Source of the DNA: Candidatus Methylomirabilis limnetica
GTDB taxonomy: Bacteria; Methylomirabilota; Methylomirabilia; Methylomirabilales; Methylomirabilaceae
DNA: 32,000 nt
NCBI RefSeq assembly: GCF_003044035.1
Contig: NZ_NVQC01000015.1
Location: 90,001-122,000 of the forward strand
Direction: 5' to 3'
Part shown: positions 26,019 to 32,000 of the stretch, in pieces
Layout of the letters: each line of letters opens with the position of its first letter
Numbering within the stretch: the stretch's first letter is position 1
Translations under genes and position numbers: made by a program
Notes under the pieces: generated by a model
Databases searched by the model: none
What the model was told of the DNA's origin: nothing
What the model saw: the letters and a program-made list of their open reading frames with translations, nothing else

Positions 26019-26101
26019 AGATTTTTGGCAGCGAAACAGGAATCGGAACGTAGCGCTCCGGAGGAGGGCGGCAAGGGAAGAATATAGCTAGCGGATTTTA
26101 G

Positions 26102-26179
26102 TGGTGCGCCCGGGCAGATTTGAACTGCCGGCCTTTTGCTCCGCAGGCAAACGCTCTATCCGGGCTGAGCTACGGGCGC
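26102..26179 (-). tRNA. tRNA-Arg, anticodon GCG as read, CCA encoded
   Basis: The reverse complement is GCGCCCG TA GCTC AGCCCGGATA GAGC G TTTGC CTGCGGA GCAAA AGGCC GGCAG TTCAAAT CTGCC CGGGCGC A CCA. It forms a perfect cloverleaf of 78 nt. It is colinear with E. coli tRNA-Arg(ACG), including A20 and the A73 discriminator, but has G at position 34. Confidence 0.92.
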
Positions 26180-26205
26180 AAGACATATGCGGAAGTAACG
26201 GGCCG

Positions 26206-26234
26206 ACTGTAGCATGACAGCCGTGGGCGGTCAA
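26206..26234 (-). promoter_or_regulatory. Candidate promoter of the tRNA-Arg gene
   Basis: The minus strand reads TTGACC (26234-26229), a 17-nt spacer, TACAGT (26211-26206). It ends about 27 nt upstream of the tRNA 5' end. Confidence 0.45.
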
Positions 26235-26449
26235 GCCGTAAGCAGCCGTGCAGCCGTCTAACAGCAGGCGCGTAACCGGCCTGTGGCAGCCTCTGCTTGC
26301 TGCGGGTCCGTGTGACGCGTGGGTTAGGCTGGTCCACCTCTAAGCTGCTTATGGCAGAGTTTGGATGATGATACTGCACCCACCACGACCAGGGCGTCAC
26401 CCTGGTCCAGGGTGAGCTTCTGATGTCCCAGCGGGCACATCGGGTCACC

Positions 26450-27448
26450 TTACACCGCCTGCCGTAACAGGGCGGCTGCCTCCTCAGGTGTAACCGGGTT
26501 GACAAAGAGCCGCGCACCCCACCCGAACCCCTCCACGGTCGCGGTCTTCGGCAGTATCTCGAGATGCCAGTGATAGTCATTCGTATGTGGTTCGTCAAAC
26601 GGGGCGGTATGGAGGACTATCGTGCAGGATTGGTTGCCGAGGACCTTCCCGAGCATCTGCATCATCCGCTTCATAAGACCGGCGAGATCGACCAGCTCCC
26701 CATCATCGATGGTCGCGAAGTCAGAGGCGTGACGGAGGGGTAGCACCCACGTCTCGAAAGGGAAGCGAGAGGCAAAGGGCGCCAGCACCACGAAGTGGTC
26801 GGTCTCCTCTACCCTTCTGACGCGGGAGACCCGCTCATGGAGCATGATGTCGCAAAAGGCGCAGCGCTCCTTTCTCGCATAGAACTCCTGACAGCCGCGT
26901 AGTTCTTCTTCAATCCCGTGCGGGACGAACGGGAAAGCCAGCACGTGAGAATGGGGATGCTGGAGGATACTCGCTGCGTCGCCGTGGTTCTTCACCACGA
27001 TCAGCGATCGGAACCGCCCATCCAGGCGGAGATCCAGACTCCGCAGTCTGTAGGCGCGCAGGACCCGCTCCAACTGTTGCTCCGGGAGTTCTGCCCACGT
27101 TAAATGATGCTCTGGACTCTCCACGACGATCTCATGGGCCCCCACGGCGTTCATTACGTCGAAAGGCCCCTCCGGCCTTCGATCGAAATCACCCTCAATC
27201 CGACAAAGAGGCTGCAGGTCCGGGGTGACTCGAACCCACCAGCCGGGCTGATTCCGCTGACGCGAGGGCTCGCCGAGCGCTGCAATTTCAGGCGGGGTCA
27301 TCGCCTCATTGCCTGGACAGAGCGGGCATGGGCCCGCAAGCGGTGGAGGCGGCTGTGCCTCTACCTTCAGGGCAGCCTCTCGATCCGGCCGCTCTGGGTC
27401 GATAATCACCCAACGATTTTTCACCGGATCGCGTCGCAACTCACCCAT
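26450..27448 (-). CDS. Galactose-1-phosphate uridylyltransferase-like (GalT-type HIT superfamily) nucleotidyltransferase/phosphorylase
   Basis: The start is taken at ATG 27448 (GAGGAG upstream); the track starts at GTG 27460. The N-terminus MGELRRDPVKNRWVII is GalT-like, with Zn-type CPLCPGNE, a second CAFCD and the active-site region ILQHPHSHVLAFPF. The length (332 aa) and two-half-domain layout fit GalT-like enzymes. Confidence 0.7.
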   Translation of the reverse strand: MGELRRDPVKNRWVIIDPERPDREAALKVEAQPPPPLAGPCPLCPGNEAMTPPEIAALGEPSRQRNQPGWWVRVTPDLQPLCRIEGDFDRRPEGPFDVMNAVGAHEIVVESPEHHLTWAELPEQQLERVLRAYRLRSLDLRLDGRFRSLIVVKNHGDAASILQHPHSHVLAFPFVPHGIEEELRGCQEFYARKERCAFCDIMLHERVSRVRRVEETDHFVVLAPFASRFPFETWVLPLRHASDFATIDDGELVDLAGLMKRMMQMLGKVLGNQSCTIVLHTAPFDEPHTNDYHWHLEILPKTATVEGFGWGARLFVNPVTPEEAAALLRQAV

Positions 27449-27550
27449 GTCTCTCCTCACGCCACCGCAAAAGGTTGCAACCTATCGCCGGGCAGACAAT
27501 CCGCACGTTCAGCTATCGGCTGCTGAACGTCTTTGACCTCCACCACTCAC

Positions 27551-28438
27551 TCACCACTTCGCCGGCAGTGTAGGGTCGTTACCCCACTCGCTCCAGGAGC
27601 GATCGTACCCCCGAACGTCCGGATACCCCAGGAGCCGGAGCGTGAAGTAGGTGACGGCTGCGCGATGCATGGTCTGACAGTAGCTCACGATCGTCTTGTC
27701 CTTCGTCACCCCTGCCTGGCTATAGAGGGCCAGGAGTTCATCGGCCGGCTTGAATGTCTTGTCGCCGGTCAGGTTTTGCGTCCACTCAATGTTCACGGCC
27801 CCGGGGATGTGGCCTCCCCGCTTGGCGCGCAGATCCTCGCCGCGAAACTCAGCGGCCGACCGGGCGTCTACCAGGGCGAGGTTCGGCTTGCCCAGGTTTG
27901 TCGCGATCCAGCCCGACGGCGCGACGCGCTGCGTCTCAGTATGGACTTGGTAGACCGTCTTGCTCACCTCTGGCAACGTTTTCGAGAGGGCGCGCTCTTC
28001 GGCTGTCCACTTCGTGATGCCTCCGTTTAAGAGCGCCACCTTTTTGTGGCCGGCATATTCAAGCGTGAAGAACAGGCGTGACGCGTTGAACCCTCCCTGG
28101 TCATCGTACGCAACTACCATCGTCTCTTTGGTAATTCCAAGCTGTCCCAACCGCTCCTCAATTTCATAATCGGGAGGCAGGGCGAAGCCTGACTCTTTCA
28201 AGGCCATACGGGCCTGATTGACCGTAAAGTGGATCGCGCCCGGAATGTGTCCGGCCGCGTACTCCTCTGGGCTATTACGCATGTCGATGATCCGCAGATC
28301 CCGATCATTGAGGTGCAAGGCCAGCCAGTTGGTATCCACGAGAAACTGTGGGTTGCCATAGCCCGCAGCCAGGGTCAACCCTGGGGTCGCTGCGAGCAGC
28401 GTCATTGCTGCCACTGCTGCCATCACGATTCGCTTCAT
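27551..28438 (-). CDS. Exported tandem-rhodanese sulfurtransferase (thiosulfate/3-mercaptopyruvate sulfurtransferase family)
   Basis: The start is taken at ATG 28438 (AGGAGG 6 nt upstream). The signal peptide is MKRIVMAAVAAMTLLAATPGLTLAAG. It has two rhodanese domains (..IIDMRNSPEEYAAGHIPGAIHF.., ..LVDARSAAEFRGE...RGGHIPGAVNIEW) and the catalytic loop SYCQTMHRAAV. Confidence 0.85.
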   Translation of the reverse strand: MKRIVMAAVAAMTLLAATPGLTLAAGYGNPQFLVDTNWLALHLNDRDLRIIDMRNSPEEYAAGHIPGAIHFTVNQARMALKESGFALPPDYEIEERLGQLGITKETMVVAYDDQGGFNASRLFFTLEYAGHKKVALLNGGITKWTAEERALSKTLPEVSKTVYQVHTETQRVAPSGWIATNLGKPNLALVDARSAAEFRGEDLRAKRGGHIPGAVNIEWTQNLTGDKTFKPADELLALYSQAGVTKDKTIVSYCQTMHRAAVTYFTLRLLGYPDVRGYDRSWSEWGNDPTLPAKW

Positions 28439-28514
28439 CCCTTTCCTCCTGTCCCTGGTGCCGCAGAAAAGCAATTCGGTTCGCCACCTCTACTTGCCAA
28501 GCAGCTTTCTCAGA

Positions 28515-28620
28515 AAATCCCCTTTACCAAATCCCCCCGTGGCCCCCCTTTGCTAAAGAGGGGTTGTGGGGTTTCGTACGCCGTGGTGCAGCAGTGCCGC
28601 ATTGGCTGCTACCCCACAAC
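28515..28620. repeat. Composite palindromic repeat (family a in reverse orientation plus a 58-nt hairpin)
   Basis: The minus strand reads cccctctttagcaaaggggggccacggggggatttggtaaagggg, parallel to folC 12133-12166. A 10-bp perfect inverted repeat, gttgtggggt (28563-28572) and accccacaac (28611-28620), has the inner pair gcagc/gctgc. Confidence 0.7.
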
Positions 28621-28709
28621 GCATTATAGATTCCTACCGAGACCTGACGCAAGCGCGATGTCGACGTGGCGCGCGCGATAGCGCTGCGCCTTCACCGATA
28701 CAAGAAGCT

Positions 28710-29183
28710 TCACTCTCGGCTGCGGACAATGAGGACGGGGCGATCGGCTGACCGCAACACATGCTCTGCCACCGAGCCTAAGAGCAGGCGAGCCATCCCG
28801 GAATGGCCATGTGATGCCATCACGATGAGGTCCACCTCCAGGGCCGTGGCCTCCTGGCAGATCGCCTCGTGGACCAGCAAAGGGGTCTCTACCACCCGTA
28901 CCTCCGTTGCTACCATCCCCTCTACGCGGGCCTCCTCAGGCACAAGTGCTTCCAGCGAGCGGAGCAGTGTCTTCCGGAGCTCCGCTCGCTCCTGCCCGGA
29001 GAGTCCGCTCCATGGCGAGTAGTGGGCGTAGAGCGGGTTCGGCGGCCCGTGCACCTCAGTAACGTGGCAGAGGGTGACGGTCCCGCCGCGTTCTGCCAGG
29101 ATAGCATAGGCATGAGGGATGGCACCATTGCCAAGGGGTGAGAAATCGGTGGTCACCAGCAGTTTCCGATACCTCGGTATCAT
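28710..29183 (-). CDS. Universal stress protein (UspA family)
   Basis: The true start is ATG 29183 (MIPRYRKLLVTTDFSPLG). The C-terminal ATP-binding-type motif is DLIVMASHGHSGMARLLLGSVAEHVLRSADRPVLIV. The track ORF is over-extended to 29369. Confidence 0.85.
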   Translation of the reverse strand: MIPRYRKLLVTTDFSPLGNGAIPHAYAILAERGGTVTLCHVTEVHGPPNPLYAHYSPWSGLSGQERAELRKTLLRSLEALVPEEARVEGMVATEVRVVETPLLVHEAICQEATALEVDLIVMASHGHSGMARLLLGSVAEHVLRSADRPVLIVRSRE

Positions 29184-29623
29184 GGTATGTGGGCTCCTTC
29201 CGTCAAGAGGGTTATGCTGCCATCCGCTCACTGACATTGAGAAGATCGTCCTGACGATCTTCTCGCATCCCGGACAGGTCTTACCATCTGCGAACGCTTC
29301 CAAGTATAGCCTGAGTCCGGCTGATCGGCCAAGCGGACAGGAAGTGGCCCTTGAAAATAAGTGGCTCACGCACTATATTAGTAGTGAGGAAGCCTAAGTG
29401 AGCGGGCAGTGGTTGGAGAAGTGCGAGCAAGCATGAAGCAGTGTCTGCTTGCAGAGCGAGGGGGCTTAGCCAAGGGGCCAGAACCCGTTCGAGCGAGGAT
29501 TCCTCGAGAGAGCCATAAGGTGTCGGGCTTTTGCCCGGAGATGCTGTAGCGTCTGACGCCTTGTGGCTTTTGCTTTCCTTCAGGCTTTCCGACACAGCCC
29601 CATATATGTTCCGGGCCACGTGA

Positions 29624-29653
29624 GGGCGCCCACAAGGGGCGCCCCTACGCACC
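29624..29653. repeat. Family-c related hairpin (gggcgccc-acaag-gggcgccc + ctacgcacc)
   Basis: Two copies of the self-complementary octamer gggcgccc lie at 29624-29631 and 29637-29644. They are followed by the same ctacgcacc tail seen at 12196-12204. Confidence 0.7.
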
Positions 29654-29774
29654 CTCCCCCCACGTCAGTTCAGCCACTCCTACGTAAGCAGGCCTGGCTG
29701 GTGAGATCACATGGTGGTTTTCTATCCCGAAAAGGCGAAGGCGGCGTCAACGACGTCTTTTCCCCACTCTGGTC

Positions 29775-29803
29775 TTGACGCGACTTGCCGCCCTTGGTAG
29801 AGT
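29775..29803 (+). promoter_or_regulatory. Candidate sigma70 promoter upstream of the CDC48-like gene
   Basis: TTGACG (29775-29780), a 17-nt spacer, TAGAGT (29798-29803). It lies about 100 nt upstream of ATG 29906. Confidence 0.4.
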
Positions 29804-29905
29804 TCGCGCGTGCGGCAGGGGGGAATCTTACTGGAACTGCGTACCAAACTCGCGCATTTCGGTAAGCGTCAGATGAGGTTTCAGACCAAGGGAGCGTAAG
29901 AGCAG

Positions 29906-32000
29906 ATGCAACAGGCTCAAGCGGCGGAGGGTATCCGCCTGAAGGTGGCCGAGGCGGGCCAGGAGGACGTCGGCCGCGGGATCGTCCGCGTCAGCGACGC
30001 GGCCTTTGCCGTCCTGGAGCTGGAGCGGGGTGAGATCGTCTCCATCATCGGGGACAGGGAAACGGCTGCCATGGTGGCCGCAGCCCACTCGGCCGATCAA
30101 GACCTGGATGTGGTCCGGGTCGACGGCGTGATTCGCACCAATGCCCATGCCAGCATAGGGGATTACGTGCAGGTGCGAAAGGCTCCATGGCGGGACGCGC
30201 AGAAGGTGACGCTGGCTCCCGCCAGAAAAGGCTTGCGTGCCGTAGCCCCGGGCGAGGTTCTCCGCCAGGCGCTCCTCTACCGTCCTGTGGTTCGTGGCGA
30301 CCTGATCTCGGTCGGGACGGCCTCACGCCCGAAGGAGATAGTCCCACCCGGGATGTATCCGGAGGAGCTCTTTCGAGGCTTGCTGGGGTCCCTGGCGATC
30401 GGGCTGGGCGAGGTGCGCCTGGTCGTCGCCGGCACCGTCCCGTCCGGCATTGTGCGTATCAATCCCCAAACAGAGGTGGAGCTCCTACCGGAGTACGTGG
30501 AGACCAAGGAGACCCGTCTCCCGGATATCACCTACGACGACATCGGCGGGTTGGGCGAGGTGATTAATGAGATCCGGGAGGTCGTGGAGCTGCCGCTCAA
30601 GCATCCAGAGCTGTTCGATCGTCTTGGGATCGCACCACCCAAAGGCGTACTCCTCCATGGTCCCCCAGGGACTGGCAAGACCCTCCTGGCCCAGGCCCTG
30701 GCCAATGAGGCCAAAGCCCACTTCGCCACCATCAATGGGCCCGAGATCATGGGGCGCTTTTATGGCGAATCGGAGGAACGTCTGCGAGCCATCTTTCAGG
30801 AGGGGCAAGACAACCCACCCGCCATCATCTTCATCGACGAGCTTGATTCCATCGCCCCCAAGCGCGAGGCGGTGACGGGTGAAGTGGAACGACGGGTCGT
30901 GGCCCAGCTTCTGACATTAATGGATGGCCTCATGCCACGCGGCAACGTGATTGTCATCGGGGCCACGAACCGAGTCGGCGCGATCGATCTGGCATTGCGC
31001 CGCCCCGGCCGCTTCGACCGGGAGATTGAGCTGCGCGTGCCGGATCGCAATGGCCGGCGCCAGATCCTTACGATCCACACGCGGGCCATGCCGCTTGCAC
31101 CAGACGTGAACCTGGATTGGGTGGCAGACCTCACGCATGGATGCGTCGGTTCAGACTTGGCTGCCCTCTGTCGTGAGGCCGCCCTGAATGCCCTTCGGCG
31201 CGTCCTCCCGGATCTGGATTTGAGGCTTGAAACGTTCCCGGCCGAGGTCCTGCAGCGCCTGATCGTCACCCATGATGACTTCAACCAAGCCTTGCGGCGG
31301 ATCCGCCCTTCGGCCCTTCGGGAGCTCTTCATCGAGATCCCTCGGGTCACCTGGGACGATGTCGGGGGCCTGGCCGACGTGAAGAGGGCCCTCCGGGAGA
31401 GCGTTGAGTTGCCACTGACCCATCCTCAGGCCTTCGAGCGCCTCGGCATCAAGCCACCCAAAGGTGTCCTGCTCTATGGTCCGCCGGGGACAGGGAAGAC
31501 GCTTCTAGCCAAGGCCGTCGCCAACGAGGCGCGGGCCAACTTCATGCTGGCCAAAGGGAGCGATCTGCTCTCCAAGTGGTACGGCGAGTCAGAGCAGCGG
31601 ATTCGAGAGTTCTTCGCCAAGGCCCGCCAGGTAGCCCCCGCCATCGTATTCTTTGACGAGATGGATGCCCTTGTACCGCGACGTGGAATGGCGGCAGGCG
31701 AACCGCACGTGACCGAACGGATCGTGAACCAGCTCCTCTCCGAGCTGGATGGCCTGGAGGAGCTGCGCGGGGTGGTCATCCTGGGGGCCACGAACCGGCC
31801 TGATCTCATCGACCCGGCTCTACTGCGCCCAGGGCGCTTCGATGCGCTGGTGTATGTTCCGGTCCCGGATGCCGATGCCCGCCACGAGATCCTTGCTGTT
31901 CACACCCGCCGCATGGCCCTCGCCGAAGACGTGGACCTGAGGGATCTTATCCGCAGGACCGATCGATTTACCGGGGCCGACCTTGCCCTGCTCTGCATGC
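29906..32000 (+). CDS. CDC48/VCP/VAT-type double-ring AAA+ ATPase (3' end outside the window)
   Basis: This ORF is not in the track because it has no stop in the window. The ATG at 29906 follows an in-frame TAA (29897-29899) and GGGAG. The N-domain is RLKVAEAGQEDVGRGIVRVSDAAFAVLELERGEIVSIIG. D1 carries DITYDDIGGL...LLHGPPGTGKTLLAQALANE...IIFIDELDS. D2 carries VTWDDVGGL...LLYGPPGTGKTLLAKAVANE...IVFFDEMDA. GRFD second-region-of-homology motifs occur in both modules. Confidence 0.9.
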   Translation, partial: MQQAQAAEGIRLKVAEAGQEDVGRGIVRVSDAAFAVLELERGEIVSIIGDRETAAMVAAAHSADQDLDVVRVDGVIRTNAHASIGDYVQVRKAPWRDAQKVTLAPARKGLRAVAPGEVLRQALLYRPVVRGDLISVGTASRPKEIVPPGMYPEELFRGLLGSLAIGLGEVRLVVAGTVPSGIVRINPQTEVELLPEYVETKETRLPDITYDDIGGLGEVINEIREVVELPLKHPELFDRLGIAPPKGVLLHGPPGTGKTLLAQALANEAKAHFATINGPEIMGRFYGESEERLRAIFQEGQDNPPAIIFIDELDSIAPKREAVTGEVERRVVAQLLTLMDGLMPRGNVIVIGATNRVGAIDLALRRPGRFDREIELRVPDRNGRRQILTIHTRAMPLAPDVNLDWVADLTHGCVGSDLAALCREAALNALRRVLPDLDLRLETFPAEVLQRLIVTHDDFNQALRRIRPSALRELFIEIPRVTWDDVGGLADVKRALRESVELPLTHPQAFERLGIKPPKGVLLYGPPGTGKTLLAKAVANEARANFMLAKGSDLLSKWYGESEQRIREFFAKARQVAPAIVFFDEMDALVPRRGMAAGEPHVTERIVNQLLSELDGLEELRGVVILGATNRPDLIDPALLRPGRFDALVYVPVPDADARHEILAVHTRRMALAEDVDLRDLIRRTDRFTGADLALLCM

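Noticed and set aside
26170-26598. 142-aa minus-strand ORF overlapping the tRNA-Arg 5' end, the tRNA promoter region and the galT-like 3' end
   Set aside because: It overlaps the tRNA-Arg 5' end and its putative promoter as well as the end of a supported CDS. Its Arg/Pro/Cys-rich sequence has no motif.
29281-29652. 123-aa and 85-aa minus-strand ORFs in the usp/CDC48 divergent intergenic region
   Set aside because: They are partly encoded by the family-c repeat. They have no RBS and no recognisable domain, so the region is better treated as regulatory or repeat DNA.
4300-29653. CRISPR array interpretation of the short palindromic repeats
   Set aside because: The repeats belong to several unrelated families and are scattered singly or in pairs over 25 kb. 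They lack regular repeat-spacer periodicity, and no cas genes are present.
30045-31809. Multiple 70-184-aa ORFs on both strands within 30.0-31.9 kb
   Set aside because: All overlap the strongly supported CDC48-like frame (29906..>32000), which is absent from the track only because it has no stop in the window.

Overview
This is a GC-rich (about 60% by eye) chromosomal segment from a diderm bacterium, judged from LptE, signal-peptide proteins and a beta-barrel outer-membrane protein. Most of it is housekeeping. The housekeeping blocks are rpsT(3' end)/holA-lptE-leuS, folC-glmU-glmS, and a minus-strand TCA block of icd-mdh-(lipoprotein)-sdhCAB. Several accessory patches lie between them:

- **TA islet (4.6-6.5 kb):** low-GC hicAB, a BrnT fragment, and a RelE-like toxin with an in-frame TAA plus its intact HTH antitoxin.
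- **vapBC:** an intact pair at 16.7-17.3 kb.
- **Decayed integrative element (24.6-26.2 kb):** it lies next to a tRNA-Arg gene and carries two tyrosine-recombinase C-terminal remnants and a brnTA module whose toxin has a TAG at codon 4.
- **Redox/sulfur cluster:** 1-Cys peroxiredoxin, a TusA-like protein, DoxX and an FGE-like protein.
- **His-rich membrane protein plus coiled-coil outer-membrane barrel:** an uncharacterised pair.
- **Other genes:** a GalT-like HIT enzyme, a periplasmic tandem rhodanese, a Usp, and a CDC48/VAT-type double AAA+ ATPase that runs off the window end.

At least five families of short GC-rich palindromic repeats are scattered through intergenic DNA. One composite copy sits in frame inside folC.

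I see no CRISPR array, rRNA, intact transposase or recognisable multi-gene defence system. The best candidates for something undescribed are listed as findings, but none is proven from sequence alone. All protein-family calls come from motif recognition by eye, not database searches.
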